A stretch of DNA of 64,000 bases from positions 100,254,001 through 100,318,000 of the forward strand of contig OY740784.1 of NCBI GenBank assembly GCA_963514005.1, in the 5' to 3' direction. The notes below the pieces were generated by a model that was not told the DNA's origin, did no database searches, and saw only the letters and a program-made list of their open reading frames with translations. Source of the DNA: Raja brachyura. Its lineage: Eukaryota. The translations under genes were made by a program, and so were the position numbers. Below, one piece after another: positions 49,346 through 62,232 of the stretch; the first letter of the stretch is position 1, and each line of letters starts with the position of its first letter.

Positions 49346-50175
49346 AAGGCACAGCATTGCATTCTTTATTCAATGGAAGTAGTTATTTTAAATAGCCTAT
49401 TGCAAGTACAATGCAGTGACTCATTTCATTTTGTTACTTTAGTGCCTCATTTGACTTAAATTATTCCTTTAAAAAGATGAATTTACACTTAACACCAAAG
49501 TACCAATTCTATTGCGATCTTTGTTGTTTAATGTATACACATTTAAGGATTGAGACAATAGCTAGTCATTCGTTTTACTCTTTCATGACTGTATATTGTA
49601 TGCCTCTACAGGAAAGATTTTCCAAGAAAAGGTCAGTGCAAATGTAAATTTGTGGAGTTAACCTACTCCGATTTAAATATTTAATTTGTGTTAAAGTTGT
49701 ACCACTTACTCATGCAGTCTACTTATTCATCCTTTCATCTTTAGAGAGAAAATTGTTGAAACCATTCAGCTTTGTAGGCTAAAAATGAAGATATACATTA
49801 AGAATAGAATTAAATTACCAATAGCATTGTAACTGTAACATTGTAATCAAATCACCTGAATATTTAAATAATCCTTATAGTATATCCACAACTTCTTGAG
49901 AGTATCATAAATAATTAATGTATATCACCCTTGAACTTCTTACAACCTGAATATACTTAAAATAAATTCAAAAATAAAATGGAGAGAGTAAATTTCTGAT
50001 GGTTCCCTGTCAATCTCCTGAGAAGAAGCCAAACTACAGATGCAGCTGTGAATCTGAAGGACCAGGAGATGCTTTGTAAATGTATCTAAGGAGATATAAG
50101 CAATGTGTGTTGCTTCAGAGCCTTTCTCTTACACACTCACATCTACACAGCAATTAGCCAATTAATTTCTGGATT

Positions 50176-51030
50176 TCACACCAGGTCATCACAAATGTCC
50201 TAATTCTTCAGAAAACGTGGATTCCCCTCCCCCACTATAGATGAGGCTCGCACCAGGGTCACCCCCATACCCCGCAACACTGCCCTCTCTCCCCATTCCC
50301 CCACTCACACCAAAGGCAGAGTCCCCCTGGTTCTCACCTTTCACCCCACCAGCCGGCACATACAACACATAGTCCTCCGCCAGTTTCGCCACCTCCAACG
50401 TGACCCCACCACTCGCCACATCTTCCCATCTCCCCCCATCTGCCTTCCGCAAAGACCGCTCCCTCCTCAACTCCCTTGTCAATTCCACCCTTCCCTCCCG
50501 CTCCACCCCTTCCCCGGGCACTTTCCCTTGCAACCGCAAGAGATGCTCCACTTGTCCCTTTACCTCCCCCCTCCACTCCTTTCAGGGACCCAAGCAGTCC
50601 TTCCAGGTCCGACAGAAGTTCACCTGCTCCTCCTCCAACCTCATCTACTGCATCCGCTGCTCTAGATGCCAGCTGATCTATATCGGTGAGACCAAGCGGA
50701 GGCTTGGCGATAGTTTCGCCGAACACTTCCGCTCGGTCTGCAATAACCACCCCGACCTCCCGGTGACTCAGCACTTCAACTCCCCCTCTCATTCCGTATC
50801 CAACCTCTCTGCCCTGGGCCTCCTCCACAGCCAGAGTGAGCAACACCGCAAATTGGAGGAACAGCACCTCATATTCCGCTTGGGTAGTCAGCATCCTCTG
50901 GGCTTGAACATTGAATATTCCCAATTCTGTTAACTCCTGCTGTCTCCTCCCCTTCCCACTTCTCCCCCAGCCCTCAGGCTCCTCCTCCTCCTCCTTTTTC
51001 CTTTCTTCTCCCTGACCCCCCCCCCCCCCC
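50176..51030 (+). mobile_element. Penelope-like fragment (linker + GIY-YIG)
   Basis: ORF 50400-50933: [14 protein letters not shown]...[23 protein letters not shown]...HFN...GLN. Confidence 0.92.
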
Positions 51031-51312
51031 TTCACACTGCCACGCAGCTTTGTGTCATCTGTAAATTTGCTAATGTAACTTTGAATCCCTTCATCTAAAT
51101 CATTGATGTATATTGTAAATAGCTGTGGTCCCAGCACCGAGCCTTGCAGTACCCCACTAGTCACTGCCTGCCATTCTGAAAGGGACCCGTTAAGCCCTAC
51201 TCTTTGTTTCCTGTCTTCCAACCAATTTTCTATCCATGTCAGCACTTTAACCCAAATACCATGTGCCCTAATTTTGCCCACTAATCTCCTATGTGGGATC
51301 TTATCAAATGCT
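51031..51312 (-). mobile_element. CR1 RT fragment
   Basis: [50 protein letters not shown]. Confidence 0.9.
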
Positions 51313-51339
51313 CAATAACGTAATATAAAGGGCATAATA

Positions 51340-52020
51340 ACAAGGTTTGCAGATTATAGAAAAAATGTTGATGTGTTTGAAAATAACGAGGGAAAATTTA
51401 GTCCATCGGAAAATTTGGATGATCTGCTTAGAAAAAAAGGCAAGTAGTATTTGGTCCAAATAATTGACATGAAAAATTTAGAGAGATAGAACAGGACCAG
51501 GCAATGAAAGTATATTGGTGCAGGGAACAAAGAGACATTTAGGATGCAAGTCCACAGATGGTTAAAGGTAACAGGACAAGCAATTAGGTAATTAAAAAGG
51601 CATATATGAAGATTTACTTTATTAAGTAAAACATAAAATATAAAAGCAAAGAGATTATACAAGAACTGTATAAAACTACAGTGGGAGATTGTGCACAATT
51701 CTGGACAATAGGAAAGTACACAATTGACCTGCCAAAGCAAGAGACATTTTCCAAGTTTGTTCCATATTCCAAGAGACTTAACTGAGGTGTTTACTGAGGA
51801 CCATTTGGCAAATAGAATGGAACCATTTCCTCAGCCGAGGGTTAAAAAAACAGGAGAATTAAATGTAATGTGATTGCTGGAAGGATTAGAAAGATGAACA
51901 AATTTGGTATCATCCAAATGGTGATTAAAAGCAAGCACTCGCTGCCTTCAAGACATTTTAACTACTTGGACAAGCACTTGAAGAGCCAGAACTCCTCAGG
52001 CCTAGTACAGATAGGTGGGT
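51340..52020 (+). mobile_element. Ancient CR1 3' remnant
   Basis: Begins AGGTTTGCAGATTA (KFADD-like); degenerate TGTGCACAATTCTGG and TTGGACAAGCACTTGAAG. Confidence 0.5.
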
Positions 52021-52345
52021 AAACATTGTGTCACTATTTCTCTCAGACTAATTGTACTGAAAGTTTAGACTACCTCTTTTGTCCTACTTCATTTGATGGC
52101 TCCAAGAGTGTCCAAATAAATCAGACTTAGCTTAAAGCAATTATGTTAGCCCTTTCAGGAAAGGACAATCAAGATGCAAAAATATATATTTTGTACAATA
52201 ACAGATTACAAATAATGGTATCCTCTGAATGACCATGAATAATGCCAAAGAGCAAATTGCAAATTTGGAACTGCCAACAATCAAAATGTTTAAGTTATTG
52301 TGACTTAATGTGCAGAAATGGATTACGCCTATTAACATTGAAATA

Positions 52346-53940
52346 CAGTGGCTTGCAAAAGTATTCATACCCCTTGAACTTTTCTACATTTTGCCACGTT
52401 ACAACCACAAACATAAATGTATTTTATTGGGATTTTATATGATGGGCCAACACAAAGTGGTGCATAATTGTGAAGTGGAAGGAAAATTATACATGGTTTC
52501 CAAATGTTATTACAAATAAAAAAAACAAAAAAGTGGCGTGCGAAAGTATTCAGCCCCTGAGTCAATACTTTGTAGAACCACCTTTCATTGCAATTACAGC
52601 TGCAAGTCATTTGGGGTATGTCTCTACCAGCTTTGCACATCTAGAGACTGAAACTTTTGCCCATTCTTCGTTGCAAAATAGCTCAAGCTCAGTCAGATTG
52701 GATGGAGAGCATCTGTGAACAGCAATTTTCAAGTCATGCCAGAGATTCTCAATTGGATTTATGTCTGGACTTTGACTTGGCCATTCTAACACATGAATAT
52801 GCTTTGATCTAAACCATTCCATTGTAGCTCTGGCTGTATGTTGAGTCATTGGCCTGCTGGAAGGTGAACCTCCGCCCTAGTCTCAAGTTTTTTGCAGACT
52901 CTAACAGGTTTTTTTCCAAGATTGCCCTGTATTTGGCTCCATCCATCTTCCCATCAACTCTGACCAGCTTCCCTGTCCATGTGGGAAAGCATCCCCACAG
53001 CATGATGCTGCCACCACGTTTCACAGTGGGGATGGTGTGTTCAGGGTGATGTGCAGTGTTAGTTTTTCACCACACAGAGCGTTTGGCATTTAGGCCAAAA
53101 ACTTCAATTTTGGTCTCATCAGACCAGAGCACCTTCCTCCACATGTTTGCTGTGTCCCCCACATGGCTTGTGACAAACTGCAAACGGGACTTCTTATGGC
53201 TTTGTTTCAACAATGGCTTTCTTCTTGCCACTCTTCCATAAAGGCCCGATTTGTGGAGTGCACGACTAATAGTTGTCCTGTGGACAGATTCTCCCACCTG
53301 AACTGTGGATCTCTGCAGCTCCTCCAGAGTTACCATGGGCCTCTTGGCTGCTTCTCTGATCAATGCTCTCCTTGCCCGGCCTGTCAGATTAGGTGGACAG
53401 CCATGTCTTGGTAGGTTTGCAGTTGTGCCATAGTCTTTCCATTTTCCGATGATGGATTGAACAGTGAGATGTTCAAAGCTTGGGACATTTTTTTATAACT
53501 TAACCCTGCTTTAAACTTCTCCAGAACTTTATCCCTGACCTGTCTGGTGTGTTCCTTGGGCTTCATGATGCTGTTCACTGATGTTCTCTAACAAACCTCT
53601 GAGGCCTTCACAGAACAGCTGCATTTATACTGAGATTAGATTACCACAAGTGGACTCTATTTACTAATTAGGTGACTTCTGAAAGCAATTGGTTGCATTG
53701 GATTTTATTTAGGGGTATCAGAGTAAAGGGGGCTGAATATTTTTGCACGCCACACTTTTCAGTTCTTTATTTGTAATAAAATTTGGAAACCATGTATCAC
53801 TTTCCTTACACTTCACAATAATGCACCACTTTCTGTTGGTCTATCACATAAAATTCCAATAAAATACATTTACGTTTGTGGTTGTAACGTGACAAAATGT
53901 GGAAAAGTTCAAGGGGTATGAATACTTTTGTAAGCCACTG
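52346..53940 (-). mobile_element. Tc1-family DNA transposon with long IR/DR-type TIRs
   Basis: TA|CAGTGGCTTGCAAAAGTATTCATACCCC ... GGGGTATGAATACTTTTGTAAGCCACTG|TA; ~215-bp TIRs with an inner repeat AAAGTATTCAGCCCC. Confidence 0.96.
52562..53566 (-). pseudogene. Tc1 DD34E transposase, frameshifted
   Basis: MKPKEHTRQVRDKV.., [50 protein letters not shown], ending KGGSTKY*. Confidence 0.92.
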
Positions 53941-54278
53941 TACACTTTTATTGACACTGTCATTTGTGAAAAAATGACAAGGAATAAGTGGCAACAAAGT
54001 GTTGGTGCCAAAGAATAGATAACAGCTATTTTCAGACAAAATGTTCCAAAGCCAATATTGCAATGCCACAGATACAGGATGTGGCTGAGAAGGAAGATAT
54101 CATCTTGCAGGTTATTCTTTAATTGAAGTTTAAATCCAAAAGAGAAAGTACAGATGTGCCCTATTTATCTGGTCCCTATCCTCCCCATCATATTTCTTGG
54201 ATCTTGTTCTGTCCTCCATTTTTGTTTTATTCCTATTTTGCAGACCAGGAATTCCCATTAAAATGAATAAGGGTTTCA

Positions 54279-57200
54279 ATAGACAATAGGTGCAGGAGTA
54301 GGCCATTCGGACCTTCGAGCCAGCACTGCCATTCAATGCGATCATGGCTGATCATCCCCAATCAGTGCCCCGTTCCTGCCTTCACCCCATATCCCCTGAC
54401 TCCGCTATCTTTAAGAGCTCTATCTAGCTCTCTCTTGAAAGTATCCACAGATCCAGCCTCCACCGCCCCCTGAGGCAGAGAATTCCACAGACTCACAACT
54501 CGCTGTGAGAAAAAGTGTTTCCTCGTTTCCATTCAAAATTGCTTACCTCTTATTCTTAAACTGTGGCCCCTGTTTCTGGACTTCCCCAACATCGGGAACA
54601 TGTTTCCTGCCTCTAGCGTGTCCAAACCCTTAACAATCTTATATGTTTCAATAAGATCCTCTCTCATCCTTCTAAACTCCAGCGTGTACAAGCCCAGCCG
54701 CTCCATTCTCTCAGCATATGACAGTCCCGCCCAACATGGAATTAACCTTGTAAACCTACGCTGCACTCCCTCAATAGCAAGAATATCCTTCCTCAAATTA
54801 GGGGACGATAACTGCACACAATACTCCAGGTGTGGTCTCACCAGGGCCCTGAACAACTGCTGAAGGACCTCATTGCTCCTATACATCGACTCCTCTTGTT
54901 ATAAAGGCCAACATGCCATTTGCTTTTTTCACTGCCTGCTGTACCTGCATGCCTACTTTCATAGAATGATGAACAAGGACCCCAGATCCCGTTGTACTTA
55001 CCCTTTTCCCAACTTGACGCCATTTAGATAGTAATCTGCCTTCCTGTTTTTGATACCAAACTGGATAACCGCACATTTATCCACATTAAACTTCATCTGC
55101 CATGCATCTGCCCACTCCCCCAACCTGTCCAAGTCACCCTGCATTCTCATAGCATCCTCCTCACAGTTCACACTGACACCCAGCTTTGTGTCATCTGCAA
55201 ATTTGCTAATGAATCCCTTCATCCAACTTTGAATCCCTCCATCCAAACCTTGATGTATATTGTAAATAGCTGCGGTCCCAGCACCGAGCCTTGAGGTACC
55301 CCACTAGTCACTGACTGCCATTCTGAAAGGGACCCATTAATCTCTACTCTCTATTTCGTGTCCACCAACTCATTTTCTATCCATGTCAGCACTTTACCCC
55401 CAATACCATGTGCCCTAATTTTGCCCACTAATCTCCTACATGGGACCTTATCAAATGCTTTCTTAAAGTCCAGGTACACTACATCCACTGGCTCTCCCTT
55501 GTCCATTTTCCTAGTTACATCCTCAAAAAAGTCCAGAAGATTAGTCAAGCATGATTTCCCCTTCGGAAATCCATGCTGACTCAGACTGATCCAGTTACTG
55601 CTATCCAAATGTGTGGCTATTTCATCTTTTATAATTGACTACAGCATCTTCCCCACCACCAATGTCAGGCTAACTGGTCTATAATTCCCTGTTTTATCTC
55701 TCCCATCTTTCTTAAAGAGTGGGATAACATTAGCTGCCCTCCAATCCACAGGAACTGATCCTGAGTCTATAGAATATTGGAAAATTATCACCAATGCAAC
55801 CACGATTTCAAAAGCTACTTCCTTATGTACCCTGGGATGCAGTCCAGCAGGCCTTGGGGATTTATCAGCCTTCGATCCCATCAGTCTACCCAACACCATT
55901 TCCTGCCAAATGTGGATTTCTTTCAATTCTTCCGTCACCCCAGATCCTCTGGCCACTACTATATCAGGAAAATTGTTCGTGTCTTCCTTAGTGAAGACGG
56001 ATCCAAAGTACCTGTTTAACTCTTCTGCCATTTCCTTGTTCCCCATAATAAATTCACCTTTTTCGGTCTTCAAGGGTCCAACTTTGGTCTCAACTATTCT
56101 TTTCCTCTTCACATACCTAAAGAAGCTTTTACTCTCCTCCTTTATATTCTTGGCTAGTTTACCTTCATACCTCATCTTTTCTCCCTGTATTGTTTTTTTA
56201 GTTATCTTCTGTTGCTGTTTAAACATTACCCAATCCTCTTGCTTCCCGCTCATCTTTGCTACATTGTACTTCTCTTTTATTTTTATACTGACCCTGACTT
56301 TGCCACGGTCGCCCCTTACTCCCCTTGGAATATTTCTTACTCCTAGGAATTAACTGATTCTGCACCTTCTGTATTATTCCTAGAAATACCTGCCATTTTT
56401 GTTCCACTGTCATCCCTGCTATGGTATCTTTCCAGTCAACTTTGGCCAGCACCATCCTCATGGCCCCATAGTCCGCTTTATTCAGCTGTAACACTGACAC
56501 CTCCGATCGACCTTTCTCCCTCTCCAATTGTAGATTAAACATGACCATATTATGGTCACTACCTCCTAATGGCTCATTAACCTCAAGTTCCTTTATCAAA
56601 TCTGTTTCATTACATAACACTAAATCCAGAATTGCCTTCTACTTGGTTGGCTCCAATACAAGCTGCTCTAAGAATCCATCACAAAGCCACTCTACTTTCT
56701 TGGGGTCCAGTACCAACCTGATTTTCCCTTTCTACCTGCATGTTGAAATCTCCCGTAACAACCACCACATTACTTTTACTACATGCCAATTTTAACTCTT
56801 GATTCAACTTGCACCCTATGTCCAGGCTACTGTTTGGGGGCCTGTAGATAAGTCTCATTAGGATATTTTTACCCTTACAATTGCTTAGTTGTATCCATAC
56901 TGACTCCACATCTCCTGTTTCAATGTCACCCCTTGCAAGGGACTGAATTTCATTCCTCACCAACAAAGCTACACCACACCCTCTGCCCACCTGTCTGTCT
57001 TTTTGATAGGAGGTATCGAAAAGACAGATATCCCTTGGATATTCTGTTCCCAGCCCTGGCCCTCTTGCAGCCATGTCTCTGTAATTCCCACAACATCATA
57101 CTTGTCAATTTCTAACTAAGCCTCAAGCTCGTCCACTTTATTCCTTATACTTCGCGCATTCATATACAACACTTTGTCCTCCATATTCACGTCCCCCTCT

Positions 57201-60200
57201 CGCACCGCTCGCAATTGGCCCTGACCTTACTCTTTTATCCCTTCTCGAACTTTCCTTCCCAATAAATCGAGAATCTTTTGTAAATTTTCCTGTACTCACT
57301 TCCCCTTCAACTCCATCTTTATACTTCCAATTTTCCAATTCCCCCCCCCCCCCCACTATTTAGTTTAAACCCAGATGAGTAGCCCTAGCAAACCTGCCTG
57401 CCAGAATATCGTCCCCCTCCAGTTAAGGCATAATCCATCCCTTTTGTACAGGTCACCACTACCACAGAAGAGATCCCAGTGGTCTATAAATATAAATCCT
57501 TGCTCCCTGCACCAACCCCTCAGCCACACATTCACATCCCCTATCTCCCTGTTCCTGTCCGCACTAGAATGAGGTACTGGAAGCAATACAGCCTAGAAGT
57601 CCTGCTTTTCAGTCTTCTTCCTAACACTCTGAAGTCATGTTGGAGAACCTCCTTCCTCTTCATTCCGATATCGTTTGTGCCTATGTGCACAAATACTACC
57701 TTGGAATGTATGCTGCATAGTTTTCTAAACGAACATGTAGAGGAACCAATGAGAGAGCAGGCTATTCTAGACTGGGTATTGAGTAATGAGGAAGGGTTAG
57801 TTAGCAGTCTTGTTGTGCGTGGCCTCTTGGGCAAGAGTGACCATAATATAGTTGAGTTCTTCATTAGGATGGAGAGTGACAAAATTAAGTCCGAAACAAG
57901 GGTTCTGAACTTAAAGAAAGGTAACTTTGAAGGTATGAGATGTGAATTGGCCAAGACGAACTGGCAAGTGATTCTCAAAGGGTTGACGGTGGATATGCAA
58001 AGGAAGGCATTTAAAGACTGCATGAATGAACTACAACAATTGTTCATCCCAGTTTGGCAAAAGAATACATCAGGGAAAGTAGTGCATCCGTGGATAACAA
58101 GGGAAATCAGGGATAGTATCCATACAAAAGATGAAGCATACAAATTAGCCAGAAAAAGCAGCTTACCAGAGGACCGGGGGAAATTCAGAGTCCAGCAGAG
58201 GAGGACAAAGAGCTTCATTAGGAAAGGGAAAATAGATTATGAAAGAAAACTGCCAGGGAACATAAAAACGTATTTATAGATATACGAAGAGAAAGAGGTT
58301 AGTTAAAACAAATGTAGGTCCCTTGCAGTCAGAAATGTGCGAATTGATCATGGGGAACAAGGACATGGCAGACCAATTGAATAACTACGTTGGTTCTGTC
58401 TTCACTAAGGAAGGCATAAATAATGCCAGAAATAGCAGGGGACCGGGGTCAAATGACATGGAGGAACTCAGTGAAATCCAGGTTAGCCGGGAAGTGGTGT
58501 TAGGCAAATTGAATGGATTAAAGGCCGATAAATTCCCAGGGCCAGATAGGCTGCATCCCAGAGTACCGAAGGAAGTAGCACCAGAAATAGTGGATGCATT
58601 AGTGATAATTTTTCAAAACTCTTTACATTTTGGAGTAGTTCCTGAGAATTGGAAGGTAGCTAATGTAACCCCATTTTTAAAAGGGAGGGAGAGAGAAAAT
58701 GGGGAATTACAGACCAGTTAGTCTAACATCGGAAGTTGGGAAAATGCTAGAGTGAGTTATTAAAGATGGGATAGCAGCACATTTGGAAAGTGATTAAATT
58801 ATTGGACAAATTCAGCATGGATTTACGAAAGGTAAATCATGTCTGACGATTCTTATAGAATTTTTCGATGATGTAACTAGTAGAGTGGATAAGGGAGAAC
58901 CAGTGGATGTGTTATATCTTTCAGAAGGCTTTCGACAAGGGCCCACATAAGAGATTAGTATACAAACTTAAAGCATACGGTATTGGGGGTTCAGTATTGA
59001 TGTGGACAGAGAACTGGATGGCAAACAGGAAGCAAAGAGTAGGAGTAAACGGTCCTTTTCAGAATGGCAGGCAGTGACTAGTGGGGTACTGCAAGGCTCA
59101 GTGCTGGGACCCCGATTATTTACAATATATATTTATGAGCTGGATGAGGGAATTGAATGCAACATCTCCAAGTTTGCGAATGACACGAAGCTGGGGGGCA
59201 GTGTTAGCTGTGAGGAGGATGCTAGGAGGGAGCAAGGTGACTTGGATAGGTTGGGTGAGTGGGCAAATGCATGGCAGATGCAGTATAATGTGGATAAATG
59301 TGAGGTTATCCACTTTGGTGGCAAAAACAGGAAAGTAGACTATTATCTGAATGGTGGCCGATTAGGAAAAGGGGAGATGCAATGAGACGTGGCTGTCATG
59401 CTACACCAGTCATTGAAAGTAGGCATGCAGGTGCAGCAGGCAGTGAATAAAGCAAATGGTATGTTGGCATTCATAGCTAAAGGATTTGAGTACAAGAACA
59501 GGGAGTTTCTACTGCAGTTGTACAGGGTCTTGGTGAGGCCACGCCTGGAGTATTGCATACAGTTCTGGTCTCCTAATCTCAGGAAATACATTCTTGCCAT
59601 AGAGGGAGTACAGAGAAGGTTCACAAGACTGATTCCTGGGATGGCAGGACTTCCATATGAAGAAAGACTGGCTAGACTCGGCTTGTACTCACTGGAATTT
59701 AGAAGATTGAGGGGGGATCTTATAGAGACTTACAAAATTCTTAAGGAGTTCGACAGGCTAGATGCAGGAAGATTGTTCCTGATGTTGGGGAAGTCCAGAA
59801 CAAGGGGTCACAGTTTAAGGATAAGGGGGCAGTCTTTTAGGACCGAGATGAGAAAGTCATTTTTCACACCGAGAGTGGTGAATCTCTAGAATTCTCTGCC
59901 ACAAAAGGTAGTTGAGGCCAGTTCATTGGCTATATTTAAGAGGGATGTAGATGTGGCCCTTGTGGCTATAGGGATCAGGGGGTATGGAGAGAAGGCATGT
60001 ACAGGATATTGAATTGGATGATTAGCCATGATCATATTGAATGGCGGTGCATGCTCGAAGGGCCGAATGGCCTACTCCTGCACTTATTTTCTATGTTTCT
60101 ATGTTTGTCTCTCGAAGATGTTCTGAATTTGGCTCATGACATCATGAACCCTGGCACCAGGGAAGCAACAGACCATCCTTGCATCTCGTCTGCCACCACA

Positions 60201-60751
60201 GAATCTCCTGTCGGCTCCTCGGACAATGGAGTCACCCACCACTATGGCTCTGCCCGACGACGGACGATCCCTTCTCTAGGATTGGAGCCACTGACGTGTC
60301 CACTGCTCGGACAGGAAGCATCGTCTCCCCCGACAGTTCCCAAGAGGGCGTAACTGTTTTCATTAGGCACAGTCACCTGGGTCTCCTGCACTCCACAGTT
60401 ACCACCCTTTTTCTCCGTCACACACCTTAATTCTTCCCATATCCTCATCATGACAACCTTACTGTAGGTCATGTCCCGGAAACTCTTGTTTTCCCAGATG
60501 GCCCTGTCATCTAGTTGCTTCTCCAGTGCCCCAACACGATCCTTCAGGAGCTGAAGCTGGACGCACTTGCCACAGTTGTAGCAGTCAGAGGCTCCATCCG
60601 TGTCCCTGGGCTCCCACATTCTGGAAGCATCACACTGTCTCATCTGTCCTGTCATGTGTTCACTGTGACCCGTCCTCTCCAGCTTTTTGCATAGCCTCCT
60701 CTCCTCGCCGAAGACTCTCGAGCCAAAGACTCACACTTTACTCACAAAGCA
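54279..60751 (-). mobile_element. Near full-length CR1 (ORF1 zinc finger/zipper + SGNH esterase; ORF2 APE-RT), split by a nested opposite-strand CR1
   Basis: ORF1 N-terminus MTGQMRQCDASRMWE..CYNCGKCVQLQLLKDRV (60242-60655); esterase VHIGTNDIG and WLRGWCREQGF..DHW..DGLCLN (57365-57690); ORF2 ~57200-54400; CTATTGTCTATT tail. Confidence 0.9.
57695..60104 (+). mobile_element. 5'-truncated CR1 inserted in ORF1 of the minus-strand CR1
   Basis: [54 protein letters not shown]; tail TTTCTATGTTTCTATGTTT; same subfamily as 1-1460. Confidence 0.92.
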
Positions 60752-62232
60752 GGGGGGTTACACAAAAAGCTGGAGAAACTCAGCGGGTGCAGCAGCATCT
60801 AAGGAGCGAAGGAGATAGGCAACGTTTCGGGTCGAGACCCTTCTTCAGACTGGTCAGGGATCAGGGAAATTAGAGATATAGACAGTGATGTGGAGAGATA
60901 AAGAACAATGAATGAAAGATATGCAAAAAAGTATTGAAGATAAAGGAAACAGGCCATTGTAAGCTGTTTGTAGTGTGAAAATGAGAAGCTAGTGCGACTT
61001 GGGTGGGGGGGGGGGGAGATGGAGAAGGAATGTCAGGGCCCGAGGGCTGAGGGGGAGGTGGGGAGGGAGAGGAGGCAGTCTGGGTTAACAGAATTGAGAA
61101 AATTCAATGCTTAAGCCCAGAGGATGCAGACTCCCCAAGTGGAATACGAGATGCTGTTCCTCCAACTTGCGGTGTTGCTCACTCTGGCCGTGGAGGAGGC
61201 CCAGGACCGAGAGGTCAGATACGGAATGGGAGGGGAAGTTGAAGTGCTGAGCCACCGGGAGGTCGGGTTGGTTATTGCGGACCGAGTGGAGGTGTTCGGC
61301 GAAACGATCGCCCAGCCTCCGCTTGGTCTCACCGATGTAGATCAGCTGGCATCTGGAGCAACGGATGCAGTAGATGAGGTTGGAGGAGGTGCAGGTGAAC
61401 CTCTGTCGGACTTGGAATGACTGCTTGGGTCCCTGAAAGGAGTGGATGGGGGAGGTGAAGGGACAAGTGTAGCATCTCTTGCGGTTGCAAGGGAAAGTGC
61501 CCGGGGAAGGAGTGGAGCGGGAGGGAAGGGAAGAATTGACAAGGGAGTTGCGGAGGGAGCGGTTTTTGCGGAAGGCAGACGGGGGGGAGATGGGAAGATG
61601 TGGCGAGTGGAGGGGTCACGCTGGAGGTGGCAAAACTGGCGGAGGACTATCTGTTGTATGCGCTGGCTGGTGGGGTGAAAGGTGAGGACCAGGGGGACTC
61701 GGTCCTTGTTGTGAGTGGGGGAATGGGGAGAGAGGGCAGTGTTGCGGGGTATGGAGGTGACCCTGGTGCGAGCCTCATCTATAGTGGGGGAGGGGAAACC
61801 CCATTCTCTGAAGAACGAGGACATTTGTGATGACCTGGTGTGGAACACCTCATCCTGGGAGCAGAAGCGGCGTAAACGGAGGAATTGGGAATAGGGGAGG
61901 GAGTCCTTTCAGGAAGCAGGGTGGGAGGAAGAGTAGTCCAGGTAGCTGTGGGAGTCAGTTGGTTTGTAGTGGATGTCAGTCAGGAGTGTATCACCTGCAA
62001 TAGAGATGGTGAGGTCAAGGAATGGTAGGGAAATGTCGGAAATGGTCCAAGTGTATTTGAGTGCCGGATAGAAGTTGGTGGTGAAATGGATGAAGTCAGT
62101 CAGTTGTGCGTGGGTGCAGGAGGTGACACCAAAGCAGTCATCAATGTAACGGAGGTAAAGGTCGGGGGTGGGGCCTTGGTACGCCGAGAACAAAGATTGT
62201 TCGACGTGCCCGACAAAGAGCTTACGACCACA
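60752..62232 (-). mobile_element. 5'-truncated Penelope-like element (RT C-terminal half + GIY-YIG + 3' repeat)
   Basis: LFVGHVEQSLF..YLRYIDDCFG..LPFLDL..IHYKPTDSHSYLDY; GIY-YIG; 14-bp TSD TTACTCACAAAGCA (60738-60751 and 62233-62246). Confidence 0.93.
60821..60848 (-). ncRNA. Minimal hammerhead ribozyme core of Penelope terminal repeat
   Basis: CUGAAGA-A-GGGUC-UC-GACCC-GAAA-CGUU; the same core with a GUC triplet occurs at 44583-44610. Confidence 0.65.

Noticed and set aside
50334-51281. 315-aa ORF as a novel fusion protein
   Set aside because: It is CR1 RT read through a poly-C junction into the antisense strand of a Penelope fragment, a chance fusion.
57479-58279. Overlapping long ORFs on both strands
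   Set aside because: They span the junction of two oppositely oriented CR1 copies; antisense ORFs are common in CR1.
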